Shown here piece by piece: positions 38,421-50,975 of a stretch of DNA of 64,000 nt. Origin of the DNA: Camelus dromedarius (taxonomy: Eukaryota); contig NC_087436.1 in NCBI RefSeq assembly GCF_036321535.1, forward strand, positions 116,810,001-116,874,000. Reading direction: 5' to 3'. Made by a program: the position numbers and the translations under genes. Within the stretch, counting starts at the first letter, position 1; each line of letters opens with the position of its first letter. Below the pieces are notes generated by a model. The model was not told the DNA's origin. It was given only the letters and a program-made list of their open reading frames with translations, and did not search any database.

Positions 38421-39177
38421 GTGGGTCTAACTGCGTGGCTTCCCTTTTCCAGGCTAACGACAACAATAAGGGGAGACTTGGGGGATGCGTGGCCAGGTCA
38501 CCTCCATATCCCAGGACTCCCCAGGGTTGGAGGAAGGAACGCCGCCCTGGAGGTGGAGAATGTAATCGAATCCTTCCAGCCCCTTCCACAAGCATCCCCA
38601 CCCACGTCTTACACTTCAGCTCACTGGACCTGCAACTAGTCCGGACCCTTCCATGCACCCTCTATCCTGCTTTGCCCGTTCTGTAAGGCACATCTAAATC
38701 CTGCCTGCCGTGAAGCATCCGCCGAACCCCCTGTTAAGGCCACACTCCTTCCCCACCGCAGCACTGAAGTCCCTCTGCCGCCACTTCTGATGACACCTGT
38801 TAGCACTGGGAATCAGTAGGTGTGCATCCCCACAGCGCATGCGAGCTCAGTCACAGCATGTCTGTCCTCAGGACACGTCTGCTGATAGGCAGCTGGCTGC
38901 AAGCATGAGTCAACTAAATCACTCACTAATAACTCTATAAATAAATCAAAGAGACTGGGGGAAGGAGATGGATTGCCATTGAGCTGATGCCAGGCCTGGT
39001 CTATCTGCATTATCTTAGTTTAACCCTCAACAACTCTTCGATAGAATGGTCATTCCTATCATAGACGTAGGGAAACTGAGACTTAGAGAATTCAGTAAAT
39101 GGCTAGAGACGCACAGGGAGTGAGAGGGCAAGGCGAGGCTGCTCTCTTAAGTCTTCTAGGAAGGCAGGGAGGAAAGA

Positions 39178-39221
39178 GGAAGGAAGGAAGGAAGGAAGGA
39201 AGGAAGGAAGGAAGGAAGGAA
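39178..39221 (+). repeat. (GGAA)11 microsatellite
   Basis: Seen directly. Confidence 0.95.
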
Positions 39222-39402
39222 GGAGGGAGGGGCAGGGTACAAATTCTGTCTCCATTTACTAAGCATGTGAGCCCAGGCCAGTCACTTACCTTCTCTGGGC
39301 TTGAGTTTCTCCAAGTGTAAATATTCTCTTCAAGCCTGGATTTCAATAATTCAGTGATTCTCATTTAGCATCTCCAGCCCTCAGCTGTGTCCACTGGTAT
39401 TT

Positions 39403-39790
39403 ATCATGGGCTGAATTGTGTCCCCCCTCAAATTCCTATGTGAAAATTCCAGCCCCTACACCTCGGAGCGTGACTATACTTGGAGACAGGGTTTTTAATG
39501 AGGTACCTACAGTGAAATGAGGTCATGCGGGTGGACTCTGATCCAGTATGACTGGTGTCCTTCCGAGAAGAGGAGATCAGAACACAGACACACACAGATG
39601 TGAAGTCACAGGGAGAAATGGCCGTCTACACGCCAGGGAGAGAGGCCTCAGAAGAAACCAACCCTGCCGACACCTTGATCTTGGGCTCCTGGCCTCCAAA
39701 CTGTGAGAAAGTGAATTTCTGTCATTGAAGCCCCCTCCCGCCTCCACCTGTCGGTGATGCTTTGTTATGGAGCCCCAGAAAACTGGTACG
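39403..39790 (+). mobile_element. MaLR solo LTR (MLT1A/B-like)
   Basis: atgggctgaattgtgtccccc...aatgaggtcatgcgggtgg...gagaggcctcagaagaaaccaaccctgccgacaccttgatcttgg...aactgtgagaaa. Confidence 0.85.
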
Positions 39791-41966
39791 GTGTGAAACC
39801 AGAACTTCTACAAAACATCTATTGTTCTTCAGTAGATATCCAGACAAGGCACATTGCCAGGGCTGCCAAAATGCTCCAGGTAGGCACGTGCGTGAGGATG
39901 CCCGCTCAACCCCAGCGTCTGACCCAGAGCCCTTTCCTGAGAACCACGTGTGGCTGGAGAGTGTGGTCAGCACCAGCCAGGGTACCATGCGGTCCGTTCA
40001 CCCACCTTTGCTACAACCTCAGAAAGGTTTGGCATAAATGAGAACATGAGCGAACAAATAGATTAACACATAAACCTGCCAATTGTAGCCACACTAAGAA
40101 AGGGTGACAGCAAAACTAAAAAGAGAAGCGGCCGATTGTTCCTTTTGTGATAAGGATTGGTGACTTAAGGGATGTAAAACACTCAGAACACTGCCTGGAA
40201 CACCTCGATCAGCGTGAGTGGTTATTTTTTCATTATTCAGACGGCGTCATGGTAATGATTAGGGCAGAGTTCCCCGCAGACCCAGATACCTGTGGTTAAT
40301 GGAATTTCCAGCTCCGTTTCCCTTTATCCTTCTGAATCTTCCTCCAGCTCATAGAATTCTCGTTTTTTTCAAAAAGCTTTACATGACTTCTAAGTGCTCG
40401 GGATGAAGGATTCTTTTCCTTAGAGAATTCAGTAAATGGAAACCACAAGCCCTGGTACGCGCTGTTTAATTTGCTCTCTCATTTGGTCCTTGAAAACACA
40501 CTGGAGAGAACGTGTTACTGAACCCTTTTATCAGCGAGGAAACCGAGATCTAAAGAGGTTGCAGCTTGTTTCCCATCCAGCCACACTTTGGTCTGCTCAT
40601 AAAAGAGGAAAGAGCGGTCTGTGATACCTTCCTAACAGCGTTCCATGGGCTGTCAGCCGGTTCGCTGTCAGCCTCAGCAGGTAAACAGCTGTCCCCATGA
40701 CAGCCCGTGGATAGACCCTCCGCCTCCAGGTGAGCTGCTCTAATTACTGTCACCAACGACCCCTTAAGAATTCACATGCCTATTTTAAGAGGACCCTTTT
40801 CATGTTGTGACAGAATTTTCTCCTCTTGTGCATCCCTCAGGCAAGTTTCCTTTCCATATATCGATTTAACACGTACATACATTTATTACGCGCAGGCACT
40901 TTTCTGTGCAGTTGACAATGATCAATTAACTTGACCGATTTAATCCTCGTAGCAACCCTGTGAGGCAGATGCTCCAGTAAACAGCCGGTGACACTGAGGC
41001 ACAGAAATGCAAAGTAAATCGCCCACAATCACAGCCAGTAGGTGGCAAAGCTGGGGTTCAGTACAGTCTGCAGAAATACTGACTTTCTCATACAGTCTGA
41101 GATAAAATCGTGACCAAATGTGAACGACCCCTAGCCCACTTGAAAGCAGCCCAGAACTGTGGTTGAAAACTAGTTAACACTTACATGGAGCTTACCGTGC
41201 GCCAGGCGCTGGGTGAAAAATCACAACGAACAGGGGCTTCTTCCTGCCCCTCCTCTGAGCGACCGTGCCCTGGTGTGAGAGGGGACGATCCAGTGTTGCT
41301 CTCAGTTCCCTCGCACCTTCCACAGTTCCAGCCCTTTACTTTGCTGCGGAAGAATCTCCCAACTTTAAAAAATATTTTTTTCAAAGATAGAACTTGATAC
41401 AGCAAGGCTCTGCCAAGTGCAAGCCAGCTACTGACCGCTGCCTCTGGTGCTTGAATAAAGAACTCGCATCTTAGTCTGACTCTGCAGGGGAAATGCAATG
41501 AGACACAGGGTTTTCAAAGATAACTTTGATCTCGGGTGGCTTTTTGGCTGTCTTGCAAACTTGAGAACTTAACCACACATGCAATGCAGTGACACCTATT
41601 CCAAGGCAGTTGTTTTGCGCGGAAGATGAGATGATGTGAATAGAGTGCCAGACCGGTGGCGGCAGGTGCTTACTAAATATCAGTTTCCATCTTAAATGAT
41701 TCCCTAATGCCCTTTCCCTGGGCCTGTGTGCCCTGGACATGAATGAGGAAAAGCTCGCACGGGGCCACGAGAGTTGCAGGAGAAGCCTGGACGGGGCCCC
41801 AGGGGAGGCACAGCACGCGGCCACCTCTCACAAACACAGAAGGCAAGCAAATCCACCTGTCCCTGCAAAGAATGATCCTGGGAAGGTCCAGTTTGCTGCA
41901 CGTTGTAAATCTAGGTCATTCTGTTCGCCATGGGCTAGAACTGAATTTAGATGTAGAGAGCCTTCA

Positions 41967-42462
41967 GTGTGTTAGCTTCCTGTGGCTGCTTGTAACAAAG
42001 TACCACAAACTTGGCAGGTTAAAACCACCACCATGTATTCTTTTGAAGTTCTGTAGGCTTGAAATCTGACATCAAGGTCTTGGCAGGGCCACCTTCTTCT
42101 GCAGGCTCTGGGGGAAGACCCTCCCTGCCTCTTCCAGCTTCTGGTGGCTGCCAGCAGTCCAGCTTGTCTTCCTTGGCTTGTGGCCACATCACTCTGCTTT
42201 CTACCTCCGAGGTCATGCTGCCTCCTGCTCTTCTCTGAGTGAATCTCCCTCTGTTTCTTCTGTCTTATGAGGATGCCTGTGATTGCCTCAAGGGATAGCC
42301 TAGGAAAAGCCCCTCTCTCAAAACCCTCCTCTCAAGACCCTAAACTTAATCCCAACTTCTGTTGTGTAAAGCAGTATTCACTCTTTGGTTTAGAAGGTAA
42401 TATTCACAGATTCCAGGAACTAGGACACAGCGTATCTTTTAGGCGCTACCATTCAGCCCATA
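41967..42462 (-). mobile_element. MaLR solo LTR (MLT1C-like)
   Basis: gtgttagcttcctgtggctgctgtaacaaagtaccacaaact...gttctgtaggct...cattcagccca. Confidence 0.8.
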
Positions 42463-42704
42463 TCTCTCATTTGCTAGGTTTTTGGCCAAGGATTAATTTT
42501 ATACCTACATTATGCTGGATTTAATGTTCCATCCTGGGGGCACCGAGCAGAGTCAGGCAGAGTCCCTGCCACCCAGGGAACCCCTTGTTCGCCTCTGCCC
42601 CTCTGCGCCTGCACATAGCAGGGGCGCGGCTGGGAATATTTAGCGCCTGGTGGAACACTGGACCCCGACCAGCCAGAGAAGCACCTGCCGGTTAATAACC
42701 TGCA

Positions 42705-42723
42705 CAGCGCCACCTGCTGCCAA
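42705..42723 (-). promoter_or_regulatory. CTCF motif, reverse orientation
   Basis: Minus strand reads TTGGCAGCAGGTGGCGCTG, one mismatch to the CCAGCAGGTGGCGC core, in a GC-rich patch. Confidence 0.55.
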
Positions 42724-43142
42724 GTTCTAGCAATCACATGTGTCAGCGTTTCTGTGAAGGCTCGTAGAAGGGAGCAATTTCAATCAGACCTCTCCTTGTC
42801 CTGCAAATATTTGTGGTAAGTTGCTGAAAATTAAGTTAAACATTGACTTGATAAATTAAACTTTAAAGACTAGGAGACAGGCAAGTAACCAAAGAGTTTA
42901 TTTATCACTTCTCTATCTGCTTCTCTCTTCCCCCCTCTCTGCATCTCTCTCTTTTTCTGTATTTTCTTCTTTCACTCCCATGTGGGTACCCAAACAGACT
43001 TGGTTATCTTTCTGGTGGTGAAACATTGCCTACAGTTGGTATTTAGAGCAATCACAAAAGGTTTAAACAAATTTGAAGATCTAATATTAGGATAGCATTC
43101 GCTATCCTCCTGAGAAAAATTAATATAAAAATAAGAGCTTAA

Positions 43143-43215
43143 CACTATTTACAGTAGCCAAGACATGGAAGCAACCTAAATGTCCATCAACAGATGACTG
43201 GATAAAGAAGTTGTG

Positions 43216-43256
<41 letters not shown>

Positions 43257-43690
43257 CAGTGAAATGTAACTCAGCCATAAAAAGAATGAAATAATGCCAT
43301 TTGTAGCAACATGGTTTGGCCTAGAGATTATTATACTAAGTGAAGTAATACAGAAAGAGGACAAATACCATATGATATCACTTATATGTGAAATCTAAAA
43401 AAAAATAACACAAATGAACTTGTTTACAAAACAGAAACAGGCTCACAGACATGGAAAACAAACTTACCAAAGGGGAAAGAGTGGGGAGGAATAAATTAGG
43501 AGTTTGGGATTAGCATATACAAACTACTGTATATAAAACAGATAAACAACAAGGGAACTGCATTCAGTGCTTGTAATAAGCTATAATGGAAAATAATCTG
43601 AAAAAGAATATGTAAATATAAAACTGAATCACTATGCTGTGCACCAGAAACTAACACAACATTGTAAATCAACTATACTTCCATTTAAAA
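43143..43690 (+). mobile_element. L1 3' fragment (cetartiodactyl-type) containing a (GATA)10 repeat
   Basis: cactatttacagtagccaagacatggaagcaacctaaatgtccatc...ctaacacaacattgtaaatcaactatactt. GATA run at 43217-43256. Confidence 0.9.
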
Positions 43691-46155
43691 GGGAGGGGAG
43701 GGAAGGAAGGAGCCTAATTATAATCTTTTTAAAAATTATCTTTAGGGTAATACATCAGTTGTTGGCCTATCACGAGAAGTCAATAATAAGAAATGACAGA
43801 ATGACTTACTGCTTCTGCCTTGCTTTCTTCACGCTACTTGTTAAAACCACGATTTCTTATAAAACACCATCCATGTAGGAGATAATAAAACAATTAGTAT
43901 TGAATTCATTACTTTGGGACCTTCCTAAAGAAACCAGGGGTCAGAACACAAAGCAAGCATTTTCCCTCTGAAGATTAGTCCCAGGAAGGAGGACTTCCTC
44001 TGGGCCACGGGGGGCCACCCGTTTTGTAGAAGAGTCCTGCATGGCAAGTTTCCTTCCGTAAATCACTTTCTGTTTTGTCAAGTCTAAGGAAAGAGAAAAA
44101 AGCTCTGTCTTTCATTTATGATTGGAAATGAAATACAGAAATGTCCTTCCTTCCTAAAGGCTTACAAGCAGAGTCTGTGGACCTCTCTGGTGATTTCCTG
44201 GCTCCTTCATCATGTTCTTGGCAAACTTGGAAGGGAGGAGGTCATGGCAATGACTGACATTTACTGAGCACTCACTGTATACAAAGCTCTTTTCTGAATG
44301 CTGCGTAAGTGTCAACTCAGTTAATCCTCACAGTGGCCTCAGAGGTAGGTCCTAGTATTACCACCACTGTTCATAGATAAACTGAGACAGAGAGTGTAAG
44401 AAGCCTGCCCCGGGACGCACAGCTAGTGGTGGGAGAGCCCCGCCCAGAACGCAGCATTGGGGCTTCGCAGCCTTTCACTTACGGAACAACCGCTGTCCCT
44501 GTTGGACAACTGGGAAGCCAGCTTACCTGAGCATCAGGTGGGGGCCGGCATCGGTTGTGCACCCACTGGGTACCAGATAGGGTATTTCATTGAAAGGTCT
44601 GCCACAGATCCGGTAACGGGCTCAGAGGGGCAAGTCACCTACAGGTTTAATTGGAACGCTTTTCGTGCAAAAAGACAACCCCCCACTCAAGGGGCTTAGG
44701 GGGAAAGGGGGAGTTTTGTTGACTCAGTGCCCAGGAAGAACAGGGTGGAGGAATCCAGGGACCAGTTGATGTCAGGGGAGGCCCCCTGGGAGGCCTGGCA
44801 AGGGTCTCGAGCCCCGAGTTGATTATTTCCACAGCATATTGTCCCTAAATGATATTATCTACTTGCATAGGGGATTATTTTCTGTCTGCTCCCACCTGAA
44901 TGCAATGCACCACTCTCCCTGAGGACAGGGACCTTGGCGATCTCGTTCCCTGTCGAATATCCTGCAAAACTCCCGTGCTGGGATGTGCTGGGCAGAGGGA
45001 GAGTGCACAAAACTAAAGAGAAACCGAGTCATCCCAGCGCGGCTCCTCCCTTCAAGCTGCATCATCCGCTCACAGGCCATAGGCAACGTTGCATTAAGGA
45101 AAGGACTGATGTGCGTCCAGAAAAAAACCAGACTGCACTCCTGGTCCTGCCCGTGGGCTCTGAACAGGGCAGTCCCCACATCTGAGCTGCAGGTCCCTGG
45201 GCCCTTCGGGGAATGTCATTCCCCGCATCCTGCTTGCCTCGCCATGAATGTGCTGAGTTAGAAAAGGCAGGTTGTGCAAAGTCTTCCCAATTATCTCCCA
45301 ACAGCCCCTTTCAGGAGCTCAGCCAAACCCAGCCAATCAGAATTGCTGCCTGTGCCCACGTGCTCTCAGCATCTGTCTTTACACCTGCATCTTCCTCTGC
45401 TTTCTTCGGTATCTTTAAGCCCAACTTGCCCACTTATCTAGACTCGCCCCCAGGGTGCAGCCCATTTCAAGTCTGTCTCTTCCACAAAGCACTTCCTGAT
45501 CACCCCCCACACTGGACACCATCTTCCTTTCCATTCAGTCACCACAGCGCTTTGTCTGTTCGTTTCCGGAAACATAAAAGTGTCATGATCTGCGCCACCT
45601 CGTGATTTCACAGGAAGGCCAGGGAAGGAAGCTTTATCACTTGGCTAAGAACTGCCGGCAGCCTGCGGTCATCAGCATCCCTTCTGATTACCTAGAATTC
45701 GCTAGGACAAGAAGGGTTTCCAGGAGGGAGAGATCACTGCAGGCCTTTCCCACCAGTTTACAAGGTGAAGGTCAAGCCTTGAGCTTCTACGCTTTGGTTT
45801 GTCAGAGTTGGGGGCAAGGTAAGGGTGGCAGCAGGGATTCTCTGTGGCTGAGGAGCTGGACCGGTGTGACCTGATGCTGGTGAACACTCCGTGGGTGGGA
45901 AGCTTCAAGAACTGCGGGGGTGGGCTCTTGGTGGTCTTCGTTATCTTACCAATCTCATCACTGACCCTTCAAGAGCTTCTTTGCCACATCCTTCTTTAAA
46001 AAGAAAAAATCAGTTTCTAATACACCTTTACAATCCCAAAAAATGTTAAATGAGTTAAACTCTTCCCTAAATAAAATGAAGCACCTTAGGCTGTCTTTTA
46101 ACCTACAGACACAGAGATACCTAAATTTTCATTAGCTTTCTCTTCTGTGTTTCAG

Positions 46156-46299
46156 AAGTTTGATTCGGTGGAAGACATCATCGAACACTACAAGTATTTT
46201 CCTATTATACTGATTGACGGGAAAGATAAAACCGGGACCCACAGGGAACAGTGTTACCTGACTCAGCCACTCCCCCTCAACAGACACTTCTCACCTTAG
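46156..46299 (+). CDS. CLNK: CLNK terminal coding exon, KFDSVEDIIEHYKYFPIILIDGKDKTGTHREQCYLTQPLPLNRHFSP*
   Basis: tcttctgtgtttcag acceptor. Stop TAG at 46297-46299. Matches human KFDSVEDIIEHYKNFPIILIDGKDKTG...QCHLTQPLPL. Confidence 0.97.
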   Translation, partial: KFDSVEDIIEHYKYFPIILIDGKDKTGTHREQCYLTQPLPLNRHFSP

Positions 46300-46503
46300 T
46301 AGCCTGGTCTTTGTTTCATCTTCAGTTTAGTGGATCCAATGTCTCTATCATTTTTTCATTTATTTCAAAAGATTATTTTCTGTGGCTTCAAGGGATTACT
46401 TCTTTGACTTTACAAAAAAGAAAAACATTCTGTCATGGAAACTGGAAAATCAATCATGGTTTTGAAGGCTCTAACCCCAGGAGAAATATTTATAAGACTC
46501 AAA

Positions 46504-46509
46504 AATAAA
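46504..46509 (+). terminator. Candidate proximal CLNK polyadenylation signal (AATAAA)
   Basis: First AATAAA I see after the stop codon, about 200 nt downstream. No transcript evidence. Confidence 0.45.
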
Positions 46510-47351
46510 AACTAGCTTTTGAAAAATATCTTCTAAAGAAAAAAACACGTTCGTGTTACAGATAAGCAGCAACGGCTACAAGAAACTATTGCTTAAATGT
46601 TTGCACCGAGCACACGACAGGTCCAGGGGAAGGTCCCAAATCCATGGTCTTTTTAGGACCTAGTGTTGCCTTTATTCCAGAACTGTTTGGACTTGCGAGT
46701 TGACAGTGTTTTCATGGTCCCTTATACTAAAGATGTTGGTGAATGTTAGCCTGATTTTATTTGTAATTCTGGAAATTCAGTTCTAGGGAAGAATGTGATA
46801 TGGAAAAGCAGATCACTTGTGAATATCAGTTGAGGAGAGAAATCAGAAAATCAGAAATGCTTTTACTGTGGTGTGAAATGGCACGAGGACCATCTCCAGC
46901 CCGCTCTGTCTACAGTCGCTTTAGGCCGAGTGGAATTAGCAAATTCATAGTAAAGGAGTAAGCTTAAGTCTGAGCGAAAGCATAATTTTTTTAAAATTCT
47001 AGTTGTAGACTTCGATTCAAAAGAAAAGAATTGCCCTCAGATTAGTGCTAGTATTCGCAGGAACGTTGCACACGTCATGATATTGTTCCCTCTTGAAGCT
47101 AAGAGGATTACATTTTATTCCTGTTTTATAACACAGATGAAGAAACAAAGGCTCAAAGACATTACTGACCTTAGTCAGTACAAGAAGAGAGCCCAGATTT
47201 TTATCCACTTTGCCTAGTTTCGTCCAAGCAAACCTTCCCAGGTACATTCTCTGCCCTACAGAATCTTATCATCAAGTTGAAAAGCTAAGTTTAAAAGAGA
47301 GAGAGAGAGAAACAACTTGAAAATGCAGATTTACTCATGCTAAAATACAGA

Positions 47352-47361
47352 AATAAATAAA
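47352..47361 (+). terminator. Candidate distal CLNK polyadenylation signal (overlapping AATAAA x2)
   Basis: AATAAATAAA followed by a G/T-rich downstream element (gtagtgggataagttgggttttttt). Confidence 0.4.
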
Positions 47362-48249
47362 CTCTTGTAGTGGGATAAGTTGGGTTTTTTTAGAACAGGT
47401 GGGGGTTCTGATTGAAATTAATAGTACCTACACAGTGACTTCAGATGTTTCCAAAGCCTACAGGTGACATGTATGGAAGGTTTATGTAACTGTAGCTTTA
47501 GCACAGAAACAAAAACAAAGAAAGAAATTAGAAGGCAAGAGATATCAGCGAAAACAATGCAGATGATACCCAGATTCTCTCCTGTTTAAAGGAGCTCTTA
47601 GCACCTACCACCCAGCTTGGGCGCAGGCTGGTTCCTTCACGAGGTCGCTGTGAAGTGGTGCCTCTGAGTGAGGTTGGGAGCATCTGATGAAGAATCAAGT
47701 TGGGACTCTTAATACCCAACGGAGCCTAGCTTAGAGCACACCTGTGCGGGTAAACACAGGAACCAAGAGACAGGAGTGTCTAAACTGGAGCGTGGCTAAC
47801 TGAGAAGCAGATAGCTCAGAGCTGAAGGCAGCATGGTGGCTGGTCACTCTCAGCTGGACTTCGGCAAATCCAGGCCAGCACGGAAACAGACTCTGCAGAG
47901 AGGACACGGGCTCATCTGCAGGGAGAATCTGACCATGACCCTAAAAAGCTACTGAAGGATTACGGATAACTCAGATTCACTTCCTCCCTGGAGCCGTGCC
48001 GTTAAGTGCTGTGTTCTCAAGAAGTCAACCTTGCTGCTGCTAAAGGAGGTGGAAATCAGGAGGCGGTGAGCATTTTATGAGCTTTTTAAAAATGCTTTAC
48101 CACCTCTTGTTCGTAAATGTGTGAGATGATGCTAAAAGGAAAAAGAAGTCGAGCTCCACTATCTTGAATAAAATGCCCACAAGCTTATACATGTGGAAAT
48201 CTCTGGAAAGAAGACGGGGTGGCTTTAGGGGACTGGGATTTGAGGGACC

Positions 48250-48720
48250 ACGTTAGTCACGTCTTCTGGAACTCAGATGCCAGGACAGGAGTTAGAAGTG
48301 CTAACATTGACTGGAGGCAACGCCTAAGAAAGACAAAGGCAAGAAGAAGCAGGGGGAGGCAGGGAGAGCCTTCCGGCTGCGATGTAGGTGTGGTGTCTGT
48401 GAGAGGAAGAGGGAAGGAGAAAGGGAAGAGCAGGAAAAGCATCAGACTAAGCTGCGGCTCTGGGAGTCCTGGCCAGCCCAGTGGTAAGATCCAGAGCAAA
48501 GACCACTCACAGAAGAAAGAGACCCCTGTTGTGCAGAAATGGCCAGGTCTTAGGGCACCACCATGCTAAGTCATTGCCAGAGGCTGCCCAGGCACACGTG
48601 ACCTTCACGTGCTCTGGGGGATATGGAATGGACCACAGAGGAAGGCTGTCAGCTTACATGTCGATCAGCAAGTTCTTTGAAGGGAGATCCAGGTGGCCCA
48701 CCTCTGTGCCTGCCACAGTG
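48250..48720. mobile_element. MaLR LTR relic (MLT1G/H-like)
   Basis: cagatgccaggacaggagttagaagtgc...gcctaagaaagacaaagg...ctctgtgcctgccaca. Confidence 0.5.
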
Positions 48721-50461
48721 ACTTGCTGGTTTTCGGTGTTGATTGTAACAAGGACATTTTGCTTGTAAGAGATGACGAAAGAGTAAGAGTGTTTAAATTT
48801 CAGTTGTTCTTGACTCTTACAACAGTTCTGTAAAGAAGGTGGGGCAGGTATTCTTAAGGCGTTTTGTAATTGTGGAAACTATGCCTCCCTGACATACTTG
48901 CGGCGGGAACCAAGGTCTTCATACGCAGTTCTCCTACTCAGCGTCTAGATCCGTAATTGAAAGTTCAGTGATTTGGGCTTGGCCTGCCCAGATTCCAAAG
49001 GGCTTTAGTCCTTTTTCAGCTATTATTTCATTGTTAGTTGAAAATAGTCACTTGATACATAGCCTCAATACAGTAACGGAATTTTAGCTTTTTCTGATTA
49101 TAGCATTCTATTCATTCAAGGTACTTCTTTTTGACTACATGATCCATTCTGAATCAATTTATATCTCTCTCATATTTAATAATATCTTATTATAAGCACT
49201 TGTTTGTATATTGCATATGTATTCATTACTAGGCATTGGAATAATAGATGTTGGGATAATAGCAGTGAATTAAGCGGGAGAAACAGACAACAAATAACTG
49301 TACAATAAGTAAGATAATCTACATTGGTTCCTCATCCCTTTGCTGTGTTCCCTCAACACTTACCGCTGAGTGCTTGTGAGTGGGGCCAACATTAGATATT
49401 TTGACAAAGCTCAGTTGAATTGGCTTTAAAAAAATTTTGAACCATAAAATTAAAAATTTTCCCAAGTTCACTTAATGGAAAACCACCTCTCTTGGGGCAT
49501 GGGGGGATGATGTGGTGTGGTTTGCTTAAGTACCCACATCATAGCTGAAATCAATTAAATCTTCTGTTCAAATTACTGCAGAGAAATCAAATTTCAGCCC
49601 ATTGTCAAATGTAGTGCATTGCCATGTGTGTGTACGCAGACACACTTTTGTGTAAGGACATCTATATAATACATGATTAGCATTATATTTGTGTATCTAC
49701 TTTTTACCCTGAGTATTATTGTTCTAGTGAAGTGCATTAACTTTTTTTAAACATTCCATGCTATACTAATTTAAATGAAAGCCAACATGTAATTAAATGT
49801 CATAATATTTCTGAGTATTAAAGTAAATTGAAAATATGGTTTAATTTTGTTTGATTCATGCACTATTGTCTCTAAAGCCCCTTTGAAATCATATTTGGGG
49901 TAAATTTATAACAAAATTTCTGGAACAATTTTTGACAGATGACATAAGACACTAGCACATGCTAGATTTGGGGGATAAAGACGAAAAAGACCTAATCCCT
50001 GTGATAGAGGGCTAAGAACCGGGCTGGCAAGATCCACATATAATTAAAATTATGCAATGCAGAATAACAGATTTGGCAGTTCTCTCCTGGCACCACCACT
50101 GTGTTGGTAGGCAGACGTGGATGTGTTGGGGGAGGGTGTAGTCAGGGAAGCTGCCCAGGGCAGATGTCCAGGCAGGGAATTGAAGGACGGCCCTACACAG
50201 CAAGTCTTAGAATTACAAAACCGTTGTCAGTCTATTTCTGAGCACGCTTATCTTTAGGGAATTCTAGGTCATTCTTGTCACCAGCGAAGCAGTGACCACC
50301 TGTTGAACGGATGAGTGAACACGGCAGAGGCAGCTTCCCTGGGGAAAGGACAGGTGATTAAGTAGTTCTGGGGAAGTTTCAACTCTTATTCAGAACACTG
50401 TAGCATAGGTGCCTGACAATTAGCTTTTTGACTGTAATGTAAGTGCCTGATGTTAAGCTTC

Positions 50462-50975
50462 TGATGGCTGAGACATCCACTTCAAAGACATCCATCTGGG
50501 GGTGGGGGGACACCTAGCCATCTACACAACTAGATAAAGAGCCAGACTGCCCGCTACCCATGCGCTTCCCTTTTTGAAAAGCTCTGGTTGACCTAGATAA
50601 CTGACTGTTAGACTGACTGCTTGCTTTTCTCTTCCTGTGCTTTAACTCCTGCCCTTCAGTTTTAATTTCGCCAATAAAGAATGAACCCTCAAAACCCCAA
50701 AGCACCCAACCATCAACCCCAATAAGGCAAAGAGAGCCACACATTCTCTGTCGCTGTCTACCTGGGACCTCACTAAGTGGTCCAGGGCATGACCAGTACC
50801 CTCCAGGATGTGTGAGTAATGAACCTTGTTTTTTCAATGTCCCCTGATAGTTATTACTGAGGTGTCTCTCATAATAAGAACCACAAGGGCTGGTCCAGCA
50901 TCTACATTGGCTTCACCTGGGGAGATGTCTGTGTGGCTCGCCACAGGTAGCCCAGATGAGTGCCCTCAGCCATCA
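50462..50975 (+). mobile_element. ERVL-class solo LTR (MER73/MER74-like)
   Basis: TG...CA ends with 11-bp inverted repeats tgatggctgag / ctcagccatca. Internal ccaat boxes and a gagtaatgaac poly(A)-like region. Confidence 0.6.

Noticed and set aside
38133..38686. 168-aa and 178-aa ORFs as standalone genes
   Set aside because: Only 38265-38420 is the CLNK exon. The rest is intronic read-through or another frame.
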